DNA of 32,218 nucleotides, taken from positions 1-32,218 of the forward strand of contig JAOZPW010000004.1 of the NCBI GenBank assembly GCA_029932545.1. Reading direction: 5' to 3'. The position numbers and the translations under genes were made by a program. Under the pieces are notes generated by a model. That model made no database searches, had not been told where the DNA came from, and worked only from the letters and a program-made list of their open reading frames with translations. The DNA is from Thermoanaerobaculales bacterium. Its GTDB lineage: Bacteria > Acidobacteriota > Thermoanaerobaculia > Thermoanaerobaculales > Sulfomarinibacteraceae. Positions 1-8,138 of this stretch are shown one piece after another; position 1 is the stretch's first letter, and each line of letters opens with the position of its first letter.

Positions 1-786
1 ACTGGGAACCGCGTCACCGGTGTCCGAATGGCAGACGGCCGCGACATCCTCTGCCCCCTGGTCATCAGCGATGTCGGCATCCCCAATACCGCAGGCCGGT
101 TACTGCGGGAAGGTACACCCGGCCGCCTTCAACTGCTCGAGGCGGCGAATGCCGCAGGCCCTTCGGTCGGCCACTGCTGCCTGCACATTGGCCTTGAGAA
201 GACAGCCGAAGAACTCAAACTGCCGATGGCCAATCTCTGGGTCTATCCCGGCCCGGATCACGACGCCAACCTCCGGCATTTCGAAGCCGACCCCAGCGCT
301 CCTCTGCCGCTGGTTTTCGTCTCCTTTCCATCGGCCAAGGACCCGGATTTCGAGCGGCGGCATCCCGGGCGTGCGACCATCGAGGTGACGACATTCGCGC
401 CCTACGAGCGCTTTTCACGATGGCAGGATCAGCCGGCAGGCCGAAGAGACGAGGCCTATGTCGAGATGAAGAAAGACCTGAGCTCCCGCCTCCTCCAAAC
501 CCTCTACTACCACGTGCCGCAGGTCAAGGGCGAGGTGGCCTTCCACGACCTTTCGACGCCGCTGACGACTCGCTGGTTTTGCAACTACGAACACGGCGAG
601 GTCTACGGACTCAACCACGGCCCGGCGAGGTTCCGCCAACGCGCCCTTAAACCCAAAACGGAGATCAAAGGCCTCTGGCTGACCGGACAAGATGCATGTA
701 CGGCCGGCATCGCCGGCGCCCTTCTTGGCGGTGTGCTCAGCGCTTCGGCAATCTTGGGGCGAAACCTGTTGAAGACAATCTCATGA
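1..786 (+). CDS. FAD-dependent oxidoreductase, phytoene desaturase (CrtI)/retinol-saturase-like family; C-terminal part, 5' end lies outside the window
   Basis: Frame +1 is open from base 1 (TGNRVTGVRMADGRDI...) to TGA at 784-786. The C-terminal blocks (WVYPGPDHD, FVSFPSAKDP, TPLTTRWF, GLWLTGQDACTAGIAGALLGG) are typical of CrtI-family amine-oxidase-fold enzymes. Confidence 0.75.
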   Translation, partial: TGNRVTGVRMADGRDILCPLVISDVGIPNTAGRLLREGTPGRLQLLEAANAAGPSVGHCCLHIGLEKTAEELKLPMANLWVYPGPDHDANLRHFEADPSAPLPLVFVSFPSAKDPDFERRHPGRATIEVTTFAPYERFSRWQDQPAGRRDEAYVEMKKDLSSRLLQTLYYHVPQVKGEVAFHDLSTPLTTRWFCNYEHGEVYGLNHGPARFRQRALKPKTEIKGLWLTGQDACTAGIAGALLGGVLSASAILGRNLLKTIS

Positions 787-819
787 TGCACGCAGCGCAT
801 CAAATAGGATCCTGAAGGG

Positions 820-867
820 CAGAGGCCCCGGCCCGGTTACTACTCTCGGCCACATACCAGGCCTCTG
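820..867. terminator. Inverted repeat CAGAGGCC / GGCCTCTG (8 bp arms, ~32 nt loop) between convergent genes; possible bidirectional terminator hairpin
   Basis: Arms at 820-827 and 860-867 lie in the 85-nt convergent gap. There is no clean U-tract on either strand. Confidence 0.25.
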
Positions 868-871
868 TCTT

Positions 872-1774
872 TCAGGATTCTAACCGCAACTCCCGCCATC
901 GGTCGTGATACCAGAGCCACTGCTCGGGCCGCCGCCGGATCGCCGCTTCGGTCACCGCCGTATAACGTGCCGTCAGGCTGGTGACGTCATCGTCGGGCGC
1001 CACCGGCACCGGCGCTCCAAAAGAAAGCGTGTACCGGCCGCCTGGATCTGCGTAGGCGAAGGTCGGGATGACCGGGGTCCGGGTCTTCAGCACTAAACGC
1101 GCCAGGATCGTATGAGTTCTGGCCGGATGTCCGAAGAAGGGCACGTTGAGACCACCGTCCCGAGGGCGGGTTTTCTGGTCGACCAGAATCCCAATGGATC
1201 GACGGGCCTTGATTTCACTGAGGATCGACCGAAGGGCTGCATTCTTGCCCAGGGTCCTGTTTCCAAATTGCCGGCGAAAGCTCTCCAGTTCGGCTTCGAG
1301 AAGAGGGTTATCCAGCGGCCTGTGAACGATGCCGAGACCGCTCGGCAGAGTGAGGCCGACGTAGAGGGCCGCGACTTCCCAGGCACCGAGGTGAGCCGAA
1401 AGAATAAAGGCGCTTCGACCGCTCTCAGCCACCGCATCCAGGTGCTCTCGTCCCTCGACGGAAACCAGGCGTACCAACTCTTCCGGCGTCATTCGTTGCA
1501 GGCGGAGTATACCGAACAAGGTTCTCCCAAAATGTTGGGCGACCTGAAGAGCCAGGCGTTTCCGCTCCTCAGGGGTCAGATCGGGATAGGCGAGACCAAG
1601 ATTGAACAGGATGATTTTCCGGCGATTCCGGGCCAGCCTGTGGAAGAGGCCACCGAGGAGTGTTCCCACCGGCTCGATCAGGCCTGGTCCACCCCTTCCG
1701 ACGGTTGCCCGGGCCAGGCGATAGGCCGCCAGTTCAAACCGATTTCGAAACTCAGACCGAGGCGAAATACCCAT
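872..1774 (-). CDS. lpxL: Lipid A biosynthesis (Kdo2-lipid IVA) lauroyl/myristoyl acyltransferase family protein (LpxL/HtrB-like)
   Basis: The ORF 872..1852 carries LpxL-family blocks (NLGLAYPDLTPEERKRL, FILSAHLGAWEV, ILVDQK...G..VPFFG). I place the start at ATG 1772-1774 (MGISPRSEF...), which overlaps the lpxK TGA by 1 nt (TGATG). The gene lies in a waaA-lpxK-lpxL operon. Confidence 0.75.
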   Translation of the reverse strand: MGISPRSEFRNRFELAAYRLARATVGRGGPGLIEPVGTLLGGLFHRLARNRRKIILFNLGLAYPDLTPEERKRLALQVAQHFGRTLFGILRLQRMTPEELVRLVSVEGREHLDAVAESGRSAFILSAHLGAWEVAALYVGLTLPSGLGIVHRPLDNPLLEAELESFRRQFGNRTLGKNAALRSILSEIKARRSIGILVDQKTRPRDGGLNVPFFGHPARTHTILARLVLKTRTPVIPTFAYADPGGRYTLSFGAPVPVAPDDDVTSLTARYTAVTEAAIRRRPEQWLWYHDRWRELRLES

Positions 1775-2790
1775 CACACAACCTCCAGCGACAAAGACCA
1801 CAGGCGATCCCATTGTCCCTCGACCGGTTGCATCACCGTCTCGACAACCCAAAGACCCTCGAGGGGATCCAGCTTGACGGCATCTTTGGCGGTGGTGACA
1901 ACTCGCCCACCGATTCTCTGAGCCTCACGGACAATCCACGCTCGATCCTCGGGCCCGTAAGGGTGATGATCGGCAAACCACCGGTGGCCGACGACCTCGG
2001 CGCCGGTTGACTCAAGAAGTGTGCGAAAGCCCTCGGGGCGTCCCAGTCCGGCCACCGCGAAAACCTTGCGACCCCGCAACTCCGTCGGATCGACCCAACC
2101 GGCTTCAGTTCGTATCCGTTGAGGCACGAGCCGTGCGGCAAAGACCGGCAGGTCCGGACGGATGGTGGTGATCCTCCGGACAATATCTTGCGGCGGTTGA
2201 TCGGCACCCACGTCCACCTTGGTGATGATGACGGCCGAGGCCCGTTCGAGAGCCTCCACCGGTTCCCGAAGGCGGCCGCGGGGCGGCAAATGATCCCCAC
2301 CCCAGGGGTCTCCCGCATCCAACAGGACCAGATCGAGATCACGGTGCAACCGCAGATGCTGAAAACCATCGTCGAGGATCACAATGTCCGCGCCGAGTTC
2401 CGCCGCCAGCTTTCCCCCGCGAATTCGATCGGCATCAACGACGATCGGCACTCCCGGCAAACGCTGGGCCAACTCAAGAGGTTCATCCCCGGTTTCGGTC
2501 ACAGATGCCCGGATTTCAGGGCCCGTCAACACCAAAGGCTCGGCGCCCATCCGGCCGTAGCCCCGGGTCAGGACCGCCGGTCGGCGGCCGCGTGCAATAA
2601 GGTCCTTCACCAGGGTGATCACCATCGGTGTCTTCCCTGTTCCGCCGAAGGTCACATTCCCGACCGACACCACCGGAATACCACAGCGCTCGCTCTTGAG
2701 CAGCCCGCGACGAAAAGCCGACACCCGCATTCGCACTATCGCTCCATAGACCGGACTCAGCGGTGTCAACAGGTGGGACCACCTCATCAT
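1774..2790 (-). CDS. lpxK: Tetraacyldisaccharide 4'-kinase
   Basis: 338-aa ORF with the P-loop VGNVTFGGTGKTPMV and LpxK-typical length and order. Its ATG overlaps the waaA stop (ATGA). Confidence 0.9.
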   Translation of the reverse strand: MMRWSHLLTPLSPVYGAIVRMRVSAFRRGLLKSERCGIPVVSVGNVTFGGTGKTPMVITLVKDLIARGRRPAVLTRGYGRMGAEPLVLTGPEIRASVTETGDEPLELAQRLPGVPIVVDADRIRGGKLAAELGADIVILDDGFQHLRLHRDLDLVLLDAGDPWGGDHLPPRGRLREPVEALERASAVIITKVDVGADQPPQDIVRRITTIRPDLPVFAARLVPQRIRTEAGWVDPTELRGRKVFAVAGLGRPEGFRTLLESTGAEVVGHRWFADHHPYGPEDRAWIVREAQRIGGRVVTTAKDAVKLDPLEGLWVVETVMQPVEGQWDRLWSLSLEVV

Positions 2791-4076
2791 TCTTCGATCC
2801 CGTTGAGACGACGGACAATCTCAGCCGTGATCCTCGCCGTGGCCCCCCGGTTCTTTTCGACGACTCGCCGACCCGCCTCACCGGCACGCCGGGCCACATC
2901 GGGCTCTGAGAGCCACTGATCCAGGGCGGCGCCGAGGTCTCTGGAGTTGGCGACCAGACGAACCGCACCCGCCTCCACCATCTCACGGTAAATTTCCTCA
3001 AAATTCGCAACCCAGGGACCACTGAGAACCGGCACTCCCCACGCCGCCGGCTCCAGCGGATTATGTCCTCCACTTGGAACGAGGGAACCTCCGATGAAGG
3101 CGACGGCCCCGTGCCGAAAAGCCCGAGCCAACTCGCCGATTGTATCCAGCAAAAACACGTCGGCGACCGCCATGACCCCGTCCGGCAAACGGCTGCGCCT
3201 GATGAGGGTCAGGCCACGCTCCGAGATCAAACGAGCGACCGCATCGAAGCGCTCGGGGTGGCGCGGCGCCAGGATCACCAGGGGCCTCTGCCCGTCCGAC
3301 TCCGCGATAGCCTCGACCGCATCGAGGACCAACTGCTCCTCACCCTCCAGTGTCGAACCGGCAACAACCACCGGCCGGCCGGCCGCCCACGAAGCAATCT
3401 CGTCGTCCCACTCGAGGGGCCGCCGGTCAGACTCAAGATCATATTTGACGTTACCGCCGACCGTGACTCGCTGACCCTCAATACCCAAATCCTTGAACCG
3501 CTGGGCATCGGTCTCGTCCCGGGTCAATACCAGGGAAAGTGGTTTCAAGAGCGGCCGAAGGGCGCCGGCAACCCGCCGATAACGCTTGAAAGAAACATCG
3601 GAAAGCCGAGCGTTGACGATAAAGACCGGGATGCCTCGGCGCCCCGCCTGATGGAGCATCTCCGGCCAGAGTTCAGTCTCGACCAGAACCAGGGCCCGAG
3701 GTCGCAAAGCGTCGAATATGCGTTCGACCGGACCGGGCAGATCGACGGGGGTCGGAAGGACTGTCACGCGGCCGGCCAGGTTCTTGCGGGCCAATGCCAA
3801 CCCTGTCGCCGTCGTCGAGGTCAACGCTATCGGCCCACCCGGCACTTCCCGATCCAACTCGGCGATCAGTCGCCGTGCCACCTCGACCTCTCCGACCGAC
3901 ACGGCGTGAATCCACAGACCACCCGGTTCGGCAGTGGGCAATCGTCGTACGAAGCGCTCGGACCAGGGCGGTCTCTGCTTTCCAATTAACCGGTCCCTCA
4001 GCGCAAGAAACCCTATCGCGATCGGCATCAAGACCGTCATCAAGATCCGGTAAATCCACAGCATCAGCGCACCCAT
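2787..4076 (-). CDS. waaA: 3-deoxy-D-manno-octulosonic acid (Kdo) transferase
   Basis: Contains the WIHAVSVGEVEVARRLI motif and a GT30 C-terminal domain (FIGGSLVPSGGHNPLEPAA). The upstream 67 codons of the ORF look non-coding. Start taken at ATG 4076; ATG 4064 (MLWIYRIL...) gives an N-terminal length matching E. coli WaaA and is equally possible. Confidence 0.9.
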   Translation of the reverse strand: MGALMLWIYRILMTVLMPIAIGFLALRDRLIGKQRPPWSERFVRRLPTAEPGGLWIHAVSVGEVEVARRLIAELDREVPGGPIALTSTTATGLALARKNLAGRVTVLPTPVDLPGPVERIFDALRPRALVLVETELWPEMLHQAGRRGIPVFIVNARLSDVSFKRYRRVAGALRPLLKPLSLVLTRDETDAQRFKDLGIEGQRVTVGGNVKYDLESDRRPLEWDDEIASWAAGRPVVVAGSTLEGEEQLVLDAVEAIAESDGQRPLVILAPRHPERFDAVARLISERGLTLIRRSRLPDGVMAVADVFLLDTIGELARAFRHGAVAFIGGSLVPSGGHNPLEPAAWGVPVLSGPWVANFEEIYREMVEAGAVRLVANSRDLGAALDQWLSEPDVARRAGEAGRRVVEKNRGATARITAEIVRRLNGIEE

Positions 4077-4336
4077 GTGCTTAGGATAGCCGTTCCGGGA
4101 GCTCGGAGTGCAAAGGCCGGTTGATTCACGGACTTTTTCAAGGGTCCCGTGGCCTTTGCCCTCCGACCTCCCGGAAAGATGCGCTTCGCGCAACAAAGGA
4201 AAGGACGAGACACAAAAACACACTTCATGCCTTTTTCCGAGGATTCCTCCAAGATCTATGGGCAACCCTAATACCACAAGCGCGCATCACCCGGTCACCA
4301 GATGACAGCCCTGGATCCGGACAACGGTCGACTGGG

Positions 4337-4603
4337 TTATCCGACCCAGAATAATCTCGCGAGAATGCGAAGCAGCCATAGCAACAGAGAGAGGATGACG
4401 ATTCCCCGAACAAACCAAAGAATCACAGCGGCCATGAGTCGAGTTTCGGAGGACTGAGGTCCACCAATGAAATACCGCCCCTTGAAAAGGAATCTCTGCC
4501 ATCTCAACACACGGCGACGTCTTTTCCGGCTTCCATCCGCCTTGGCAACATCGCTGGCGACGAACGAAGCACTGAGAAGGATCGGGGTCGAATAGCTGAT
4601 CAT
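4337..4603 (-). CDS. Hypothetical small protein with a C-terminal transmembrane helix (88 aa)
   Basis: ORF with a purine-rich leader (GGAGGAGAGAAGAAAGAAG-ATG), an Arg-rich middle and a hydrophobic tail AAVILWFVRGIVILSLLLWLL. Third-position GC looks lower than in neighbouring genes and I recognise no family. Confidence 0.3.
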   Translation of the reverse strand: MISYSTPILLSASFVASDVAKADGSRKRRRRVLRWQRFLFKGRYFIGGPQSSETRLMAAVILWFVRGIVILSLLLWLLRILARLFWVG

Positions 4604-4636
4604 CTTCTTTCTTCTCTCCTCCGCGCGAAGCGCCCT

Positions 4637-4722
4637 ACCTCGGACTGAGCCCCGGATTGGTTTTCGGTCACTCTCGAAAAATCAGCTTCTCCAGCAAACC
4701 AATACGGGTCTCAGTCCGAGGT
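4637..4722. repeat. Long imperfect inverted repeat (27-nt arms, 25/27 complementary, 32-nt spacer)
   Basis: Left arm ACCTCGGACTGAGCCCCGGATTGGTTT at 4637-4663. Right arm AAACCAATACGGGTCTCAGTCCGAGGT at 4696-4722. It lies between the arcC stop and the 88-aa ORF. Confidence 0.8.
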
Positions 4723-4752
4723 CCGCGATCCCCTCAGAAAACCGAACATTCC

Positions 4753-5754
4753 TTAAACGTACTCAATCTCGCCCTCGGCAACCATGAAGGTCCCTGCCTC
4801 CCGCGAGAGGGCCTTCTTGAGATTCTCCTCGTCGGTGATCAGCACTTCCTTGCCTGTCGCCTCGATGAACTCCAGAGCAGACCGGACCTTCGGGCCCATC
4901 GAACCCGGTGGAAACTGGTTCTGCTCCAGCATCTCCCGTGCCTTGGCAGCAGGAAGGGTGCGGATCCAACGCTGGTTGGGCCGTCCGAAATTCTCGGCGA
5001 TCATCGGCACCTGTGTCAGAACGATGTAGAGTTCGGCCTCCAGCTCTTGAGCCAGAATCGAAGCGACATAGTCTTTATCGATCACCGCTTCGACGCCACG
5101 GTAGTAGCCGCCGACATCCTGGTACACGGGAATTCCTCCCCCACCGCCGGCAATCAACAGGGCACCGCTGTCAACCAACCGACGCATGAGGTCGGAATCA
5201 AGAATACGGCGGGGTTTCGGCGACGGCACGACCTTGCGCCAGCCCCTGCCGGCGTCCTCGACCATCTGCCAGCCGTGCTCCTGCATCAAGACGTTGGCAC
5301 GATAGGCCGTAAAAAACGGCCCGACCGGTTTTGTCGGATTTTCAAATGCCGGATCTTCCCGGTCGACGACAACCTCGGTCACCAGACAGGCGATCGGGTT
5401 GTCCAGTTGCTCTTCGTGCAAGCGATTCCTCAGCTGGTTTGCCAGCATGAAACCCATTGACCCCTGGGTCTGGGCCACGGCGACATCCAAACTCTGCGGC
5501 GGAATTTTGGTGATCGCCTCTTCGACCTGGATCATGATGTTGCCGACCTGGGGGCCGTTGCCATGCACGATCGCCAACTGGTAGCCTCGATGGAGAATCT
5601 CCACAAGCCAGCGCGAAGCCTTCCACGTCAGGGTGAACTGTTCTTCCTGCGTACCGTGGTCCTGCGGTCTCAAAAGGGAATTTCCGCCAAAACCGATCAC
5701 AGCGACGGGTTTTCGCTGTGCCGGTGTGTTGGTCTGCGTGTGAGTCTCAGTCAT
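4753..5754 (-). CDS. arcC: Carbamate kinase
   Basis: Carries VAVIGFGGNSL, AIVHGNGPQVG and a C-terminal amino-acid-kinase fold. Start taken at ATG 5752-5754, preceded by GGAGG (ATGGAGGTCGTCATG). The longer 395-aa ORF would run into prmC. Confidence 0.85.
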   Translation of the reverse strand: MTETHTQTNTPAQRKPVAVIGFGGNSLLRPQDHGTQEEQFTLTWKASRWLVEILHRGYQLAIVHGNGPQVGNIMIQVEEAITKIPPQSLDVAVAQTQGSMGFMLANQLRNRLHEEQLDNPIACLVTEVVVDREDPAFENPTKPVGPFFTAYRANVLMQEHGWQMVEDAGRGWRKVVPSPKPRRILDSDLMRRLVDSGALLIAGGGGGIPVYQDVGGYYRGVEAVIDKDYVASILAQELEAELYIVLTQVPMIAENFGRPNQRWIRTLPAAKAREMLEQNQFPPGSMGPKVRSALEFIEATGKEVLITDEENLKKALSREAGTFMVAEGEIEYV

Positions 5755-5776
5755 GACGACCTCCATAGAATCGGTG

Positions 5777-5805
5777 ATTGTGCTCTTAGGCGCTCGGACT
5801 GTCAA
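5777..5805 (-). promoter_or_regulatory. Sigma70-type promoter for arcC: -35 TTGACA (5800-5805), 17-nt spacer, -10 CACAAT (5777-5782)
   Basis: Read directly on the minus strand: TTGACA-gtccgagcgcctaagag-CACAAT. It sits about 23 nt upstream of the arcC ATG/SD. Confidence 0.55.
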
Positions 5806-5807
5806 CT

Positions 5808-5844
5808 GGGCAATTCGTCGGGGGCAATTCGTCGAACGAATTGC
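5808..5844. promoter_or_regulatory. Candidate operator: 13-nt direct repeat GGGCAATTCGTCG x2 overlapping a perfect 21-bp palindrome GCAATTCG-TCGAA-CGAATTGC
   Basis: Direct repeats at 5808-5820 and 5822-5834. Palindrome at 5824-5844. The element lies immediately upstream of the arcC -35 hexamer. Confidence 0.5.
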
Positions 5845-5866
5845 ATGGGTCGCTTCGCTCCCCGGT

Positions 5867-6700
5867 TTAGCTGTGCTCAAGTATGACCACCCGGTCGCAT
5901 CCACCGATGTCACGGCGGCGGCCTGCGGGGCGCAACTCATGCTTCACCGCCAGCTCTTCGACGGCGTCAGCCTGGTCCTCGGCCAACTCAAGAAAACACA
6001 GGCCACCCGGCGCCAGGACACGGCCGAGATCAGCGATCAATCGCCGCACGAGGTCAAGCCCGTCTTGACCACCATCCAATGCCAGAACCGGCTCCCGGGA
6101 AATCTCTTCGCCGAGGGTGGGCAGCCATCCGGTCGGTACATAGGGAAGATTGGCCGTCACGAGATCGAACGCCGGAGCACAGCTTGACATCAGATCGGAC
6201 CAGAGCCATACAACATCGACTCCATGTTCCGCGCCGTTGAGTCGAGCAACCTGCAGGGCTTCAATTGATCGATCAATTCCGACCAGACGCCAGTCGACCC
6301 TCTCAGTCGCCAGGGTGATCACCAGGCAACCCGAGCCGGTTCCAACATCGAGAACGCGCGCCCGTGAAGGCAGCTCGGCCTCAAGGACTGCTTGTACCAT
6401 CAATTCGGTCTCGGGCCTGGGAATCAGAACGTCGGGCGTCACGCGAAAGGTCCGGCCCCAAAAGGAGCATCTGCCAACGATGTGCTCGGCCGGTTCCCCC
6501 GTGGTCCTTCGGTCGACCCATCGAAAAAATTGCTCTTCAACCTCGGTGGAAAGCTCTCGCTCCGGTCGGATTCGAAGCTGGATTTCCGAGAGGCCTGACG
6601 CGGCGGCCAGCAGGAAGAGAGCCTCCCGGCGAGGCTCCGGCAGCCCGCGCCGGACAGGCAGGATCCCGGTTGCCCGGGACAAAGCCTGGTCGATCCTCAC
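5867..6700 (-). CDS. prmC: Peptide chain release factor N5-glutamine methyltransferase
   Basis: SAM motif VLDVGTGSGCLVI and catalytic NLPYVP (NPPY variant). GTG start overlaps the prfA TGA (GTGA). Canonical prfA-prmC pairing. Confidence 0.9.
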   Translation of the reverse strand: MRIDQALSRATGILPVRRGLPEPRREALFLLAAASGLSEIQLRIRPERELSTEVEEQFFRWVDRRTTGEPAEHIVGRCSFWGRTFRVTPDVLIPRPETELMVQAVLEAELPSRARVLDVGTGSGCLVITLATERVDWRLVGIDRSIEALQVARLNGAEHGVDVVWLWSDLMSSCAPAFDLVTANLPYVPTGWLPTLGEEISREPVLALDGGQDGLDLVRRLIADLGRVLAPGGLCFLELAEDQADAVEELAVKHELRPAGRRRDIGGCDRVVILEHS

Positions 6701-7776
6701 ACCTCGGCCCCGACCTCATCTTTCAACATCTTGGCCTGGAGGTGGGTGATCAACTCATTGATGACCAAATCCAGGTCTCCATCCAGCACCTCCTGGAGCC
6801 GGTGGACCGTCAGCGAAACTCGATGGTCGGTCACCCGCCCCTGAGGGAAGTTGTAGGTCCGAATTTTCTCCGACCGATCACCGCTGCCGATTTGGCTACG
6901 GCGTTTGGCCGCTCGTTCGGCGTCACGCTCGGCTTCCTGCACTTCCAGAAGCCGGGCCTTGAGTACGCGCATCGCTTTGGCCAGATTCTGGATCTGGGAC
7001 TTCTCATCCTGACAGGAAACGACGACTCCGGTCGGCTCATGGGTGACCCGGACCGCGGAATACGTCGTATTGACGCTCTGTCCACCGGGACCTGACGAGC
7101 AGAATCGATCAATGCGCAGGTCCTTTTCCTCAATCTCGACCTCGATCTCCTCGGCTTCCGGCATGACGGCCACAGTTGCCGCCGAGGTATGGATGCGCCC
7201 GGAGCTCTCGGTCGAAGGTACACGCTGCACCCGATGCACACCGCTTTCGAATTTGAGCCTTGAGTAGACCCGGTCACCCTCGATCATGACGACGGCCTTG
7301 TTGATGCCACCCAGGCCGGTTTCGGATGTCTCGGTAATCGAGACCTTCCAGCCCTTGTTTTCAGAATACCGACCGTACATGCGGAGAAGCTCACCCGCAA
7401 AGAGCGAGGCCTCCTCGCCTCCAGTACCGGCCCTGACCTCCAGGATCACGCCGCGTTGATCGTTGGGATCTACCGGAAGGAGCATGACTTGGAGTTTTTC
7501 CTTGAGGGCTTCCAACCGGGGTTCCAGTTCGTCTATTTCCGCCTGGGCCATTTCCTTCATCTCGGGGTCGTCCCCGTCGGCAAGGAGTTCCCTGGCGCCT
7601 TCGAGGTCAGTCTCGACGCCCCTGTAGTCTCTGAAGACGTCGACAACAGGCTGAATTCCGGCCAGTTTCTGGGCGATTTCCCGGCTCTGTTTGGGATCAA
7701 CCGCCACCTCCGGATCAGCTTGCCGAATGCGTAACTCGTCCGCCTGCTTCTCGATGTCCTGCAAACGCTCAAACAT
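6697..7776 (-). CDS. prfA: Peptide chain release factor 1
   Basis: GGQ motif (SGPGGQSVNTT) and the RF1-type tripeptide region RVPSTESSGRIHTS. 359 aa, uninterrupted. Confidence 0.97.
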   Translation of the reverse strand: MFERLQDIEKQADELRIRQADPEVAVDPKQSREIAQKLAGIQPVVDVFRDYRGVETDLEGARELLADGDDPEMKEMAQAEIDELEPRLEALKEKLQVMLLPVDPNDQRGVILEVRAGTGGEEASLFAGELLRMYGRYSENKGWKVSITETSETGLGGINKAVVMIEGDRVYSRLKFESGVHRVQRVPSTESSGRIHTSAATVAVMPEAEEIEVEIEEKDLRIDRFCSSGPGGQSVNTTYSAVRVTHEPTGVVVSCQDEKSQIQNLAKAMRVLKARLLEVQEAERDAERAAKRRSQIGSGDRSEKIRTYNFPQGRVTDHRVSLTVHRLQEVLDGDLDLVINELITHLQAKMLKDEVGAEV

Positions 7777-7787
7777 GGCCGCCCCCT

Positions 7788-7825
7788 AAAAAGAAAAACC
7801 CGCCGGGCTAGGCCCGCGCGGGTTT
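7788..7825 (-). terminator. Rho-independent terminator downstream of rpmE
   Basis: Minus strand reads AAACCCGCGCGGGCCTAGCCCGGCGGGTTTTTCTTTTT. This is a ~12-bp GC stem with one bulge and a 3-nt loop, followed by an 11-nt T-rich tract. Confidence 0.8.
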
Positions 7826-7856
7826 CCCTGGCCGCCACGCAGGCGACCGATTTGGT

Positions 7857-8063
7857 TTACTTGCCCTGTTTGCCGTACCGTCGTTCGAACCGCTCAACCA
7901 TTCCGGCGGTATCGACGAGCTTCTGTTTTCCCGTGTAGAAAGGGTGGCAGGCGCTACAGATTTCGAGCCGCATCTCTTTTTGGGTCCCGCGGGTCTTGAA
8001 TGAGTTCCCACAGGCGCAGCGAACTTCTACCTCGTGATAATCAGGATGAATTCCGGCTTTCAT
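7857..8063 (-). CDS. rpmE: 50S ribosomal protein L31 (Cys-containing, zinc-ribbon type)
   Basis: [25 protein letters not shown]...[16 protein letters not shown] 8061-8063 is preceded by GGAGGTATC. Confidence 0.97.
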   Translation of the reverse strand: MKAGIHPDYHEVEVRCACGNSFKTRGTQKEMRLEICSACHPFYTGKQKLVDTAGMVERFERRYGKQGK

Positions 8064-8100
8064 GATACCTCCACACGGCCCAATCGGACCGAGATGGTGG

Positions 8101-8129
8101 ATTCTACACGCCAAAAGACCGTGATGCAA
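8101..8129 (-). promoter_or_regulatory. Sigma70-type promoter for rpmE: -35 TTGCAT (8124-8129), 17-nt spacer, -10 TAGAAT (8101-8106)
   Basis: Read on the minus strand in the 75-nt gap between the ACT gene stop and rpmE. Confidence 0.6.
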
Positions 8130-8138
8130 GTCCCCGGC

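Noticed and set aside
6697-7776. Programmed +1 frameshift in the release-factor gene
   Set aside because: That feature belongs to prfB (RF2). This gene has the RF1 PST-type tripeptide and a single uninterrupted frame.
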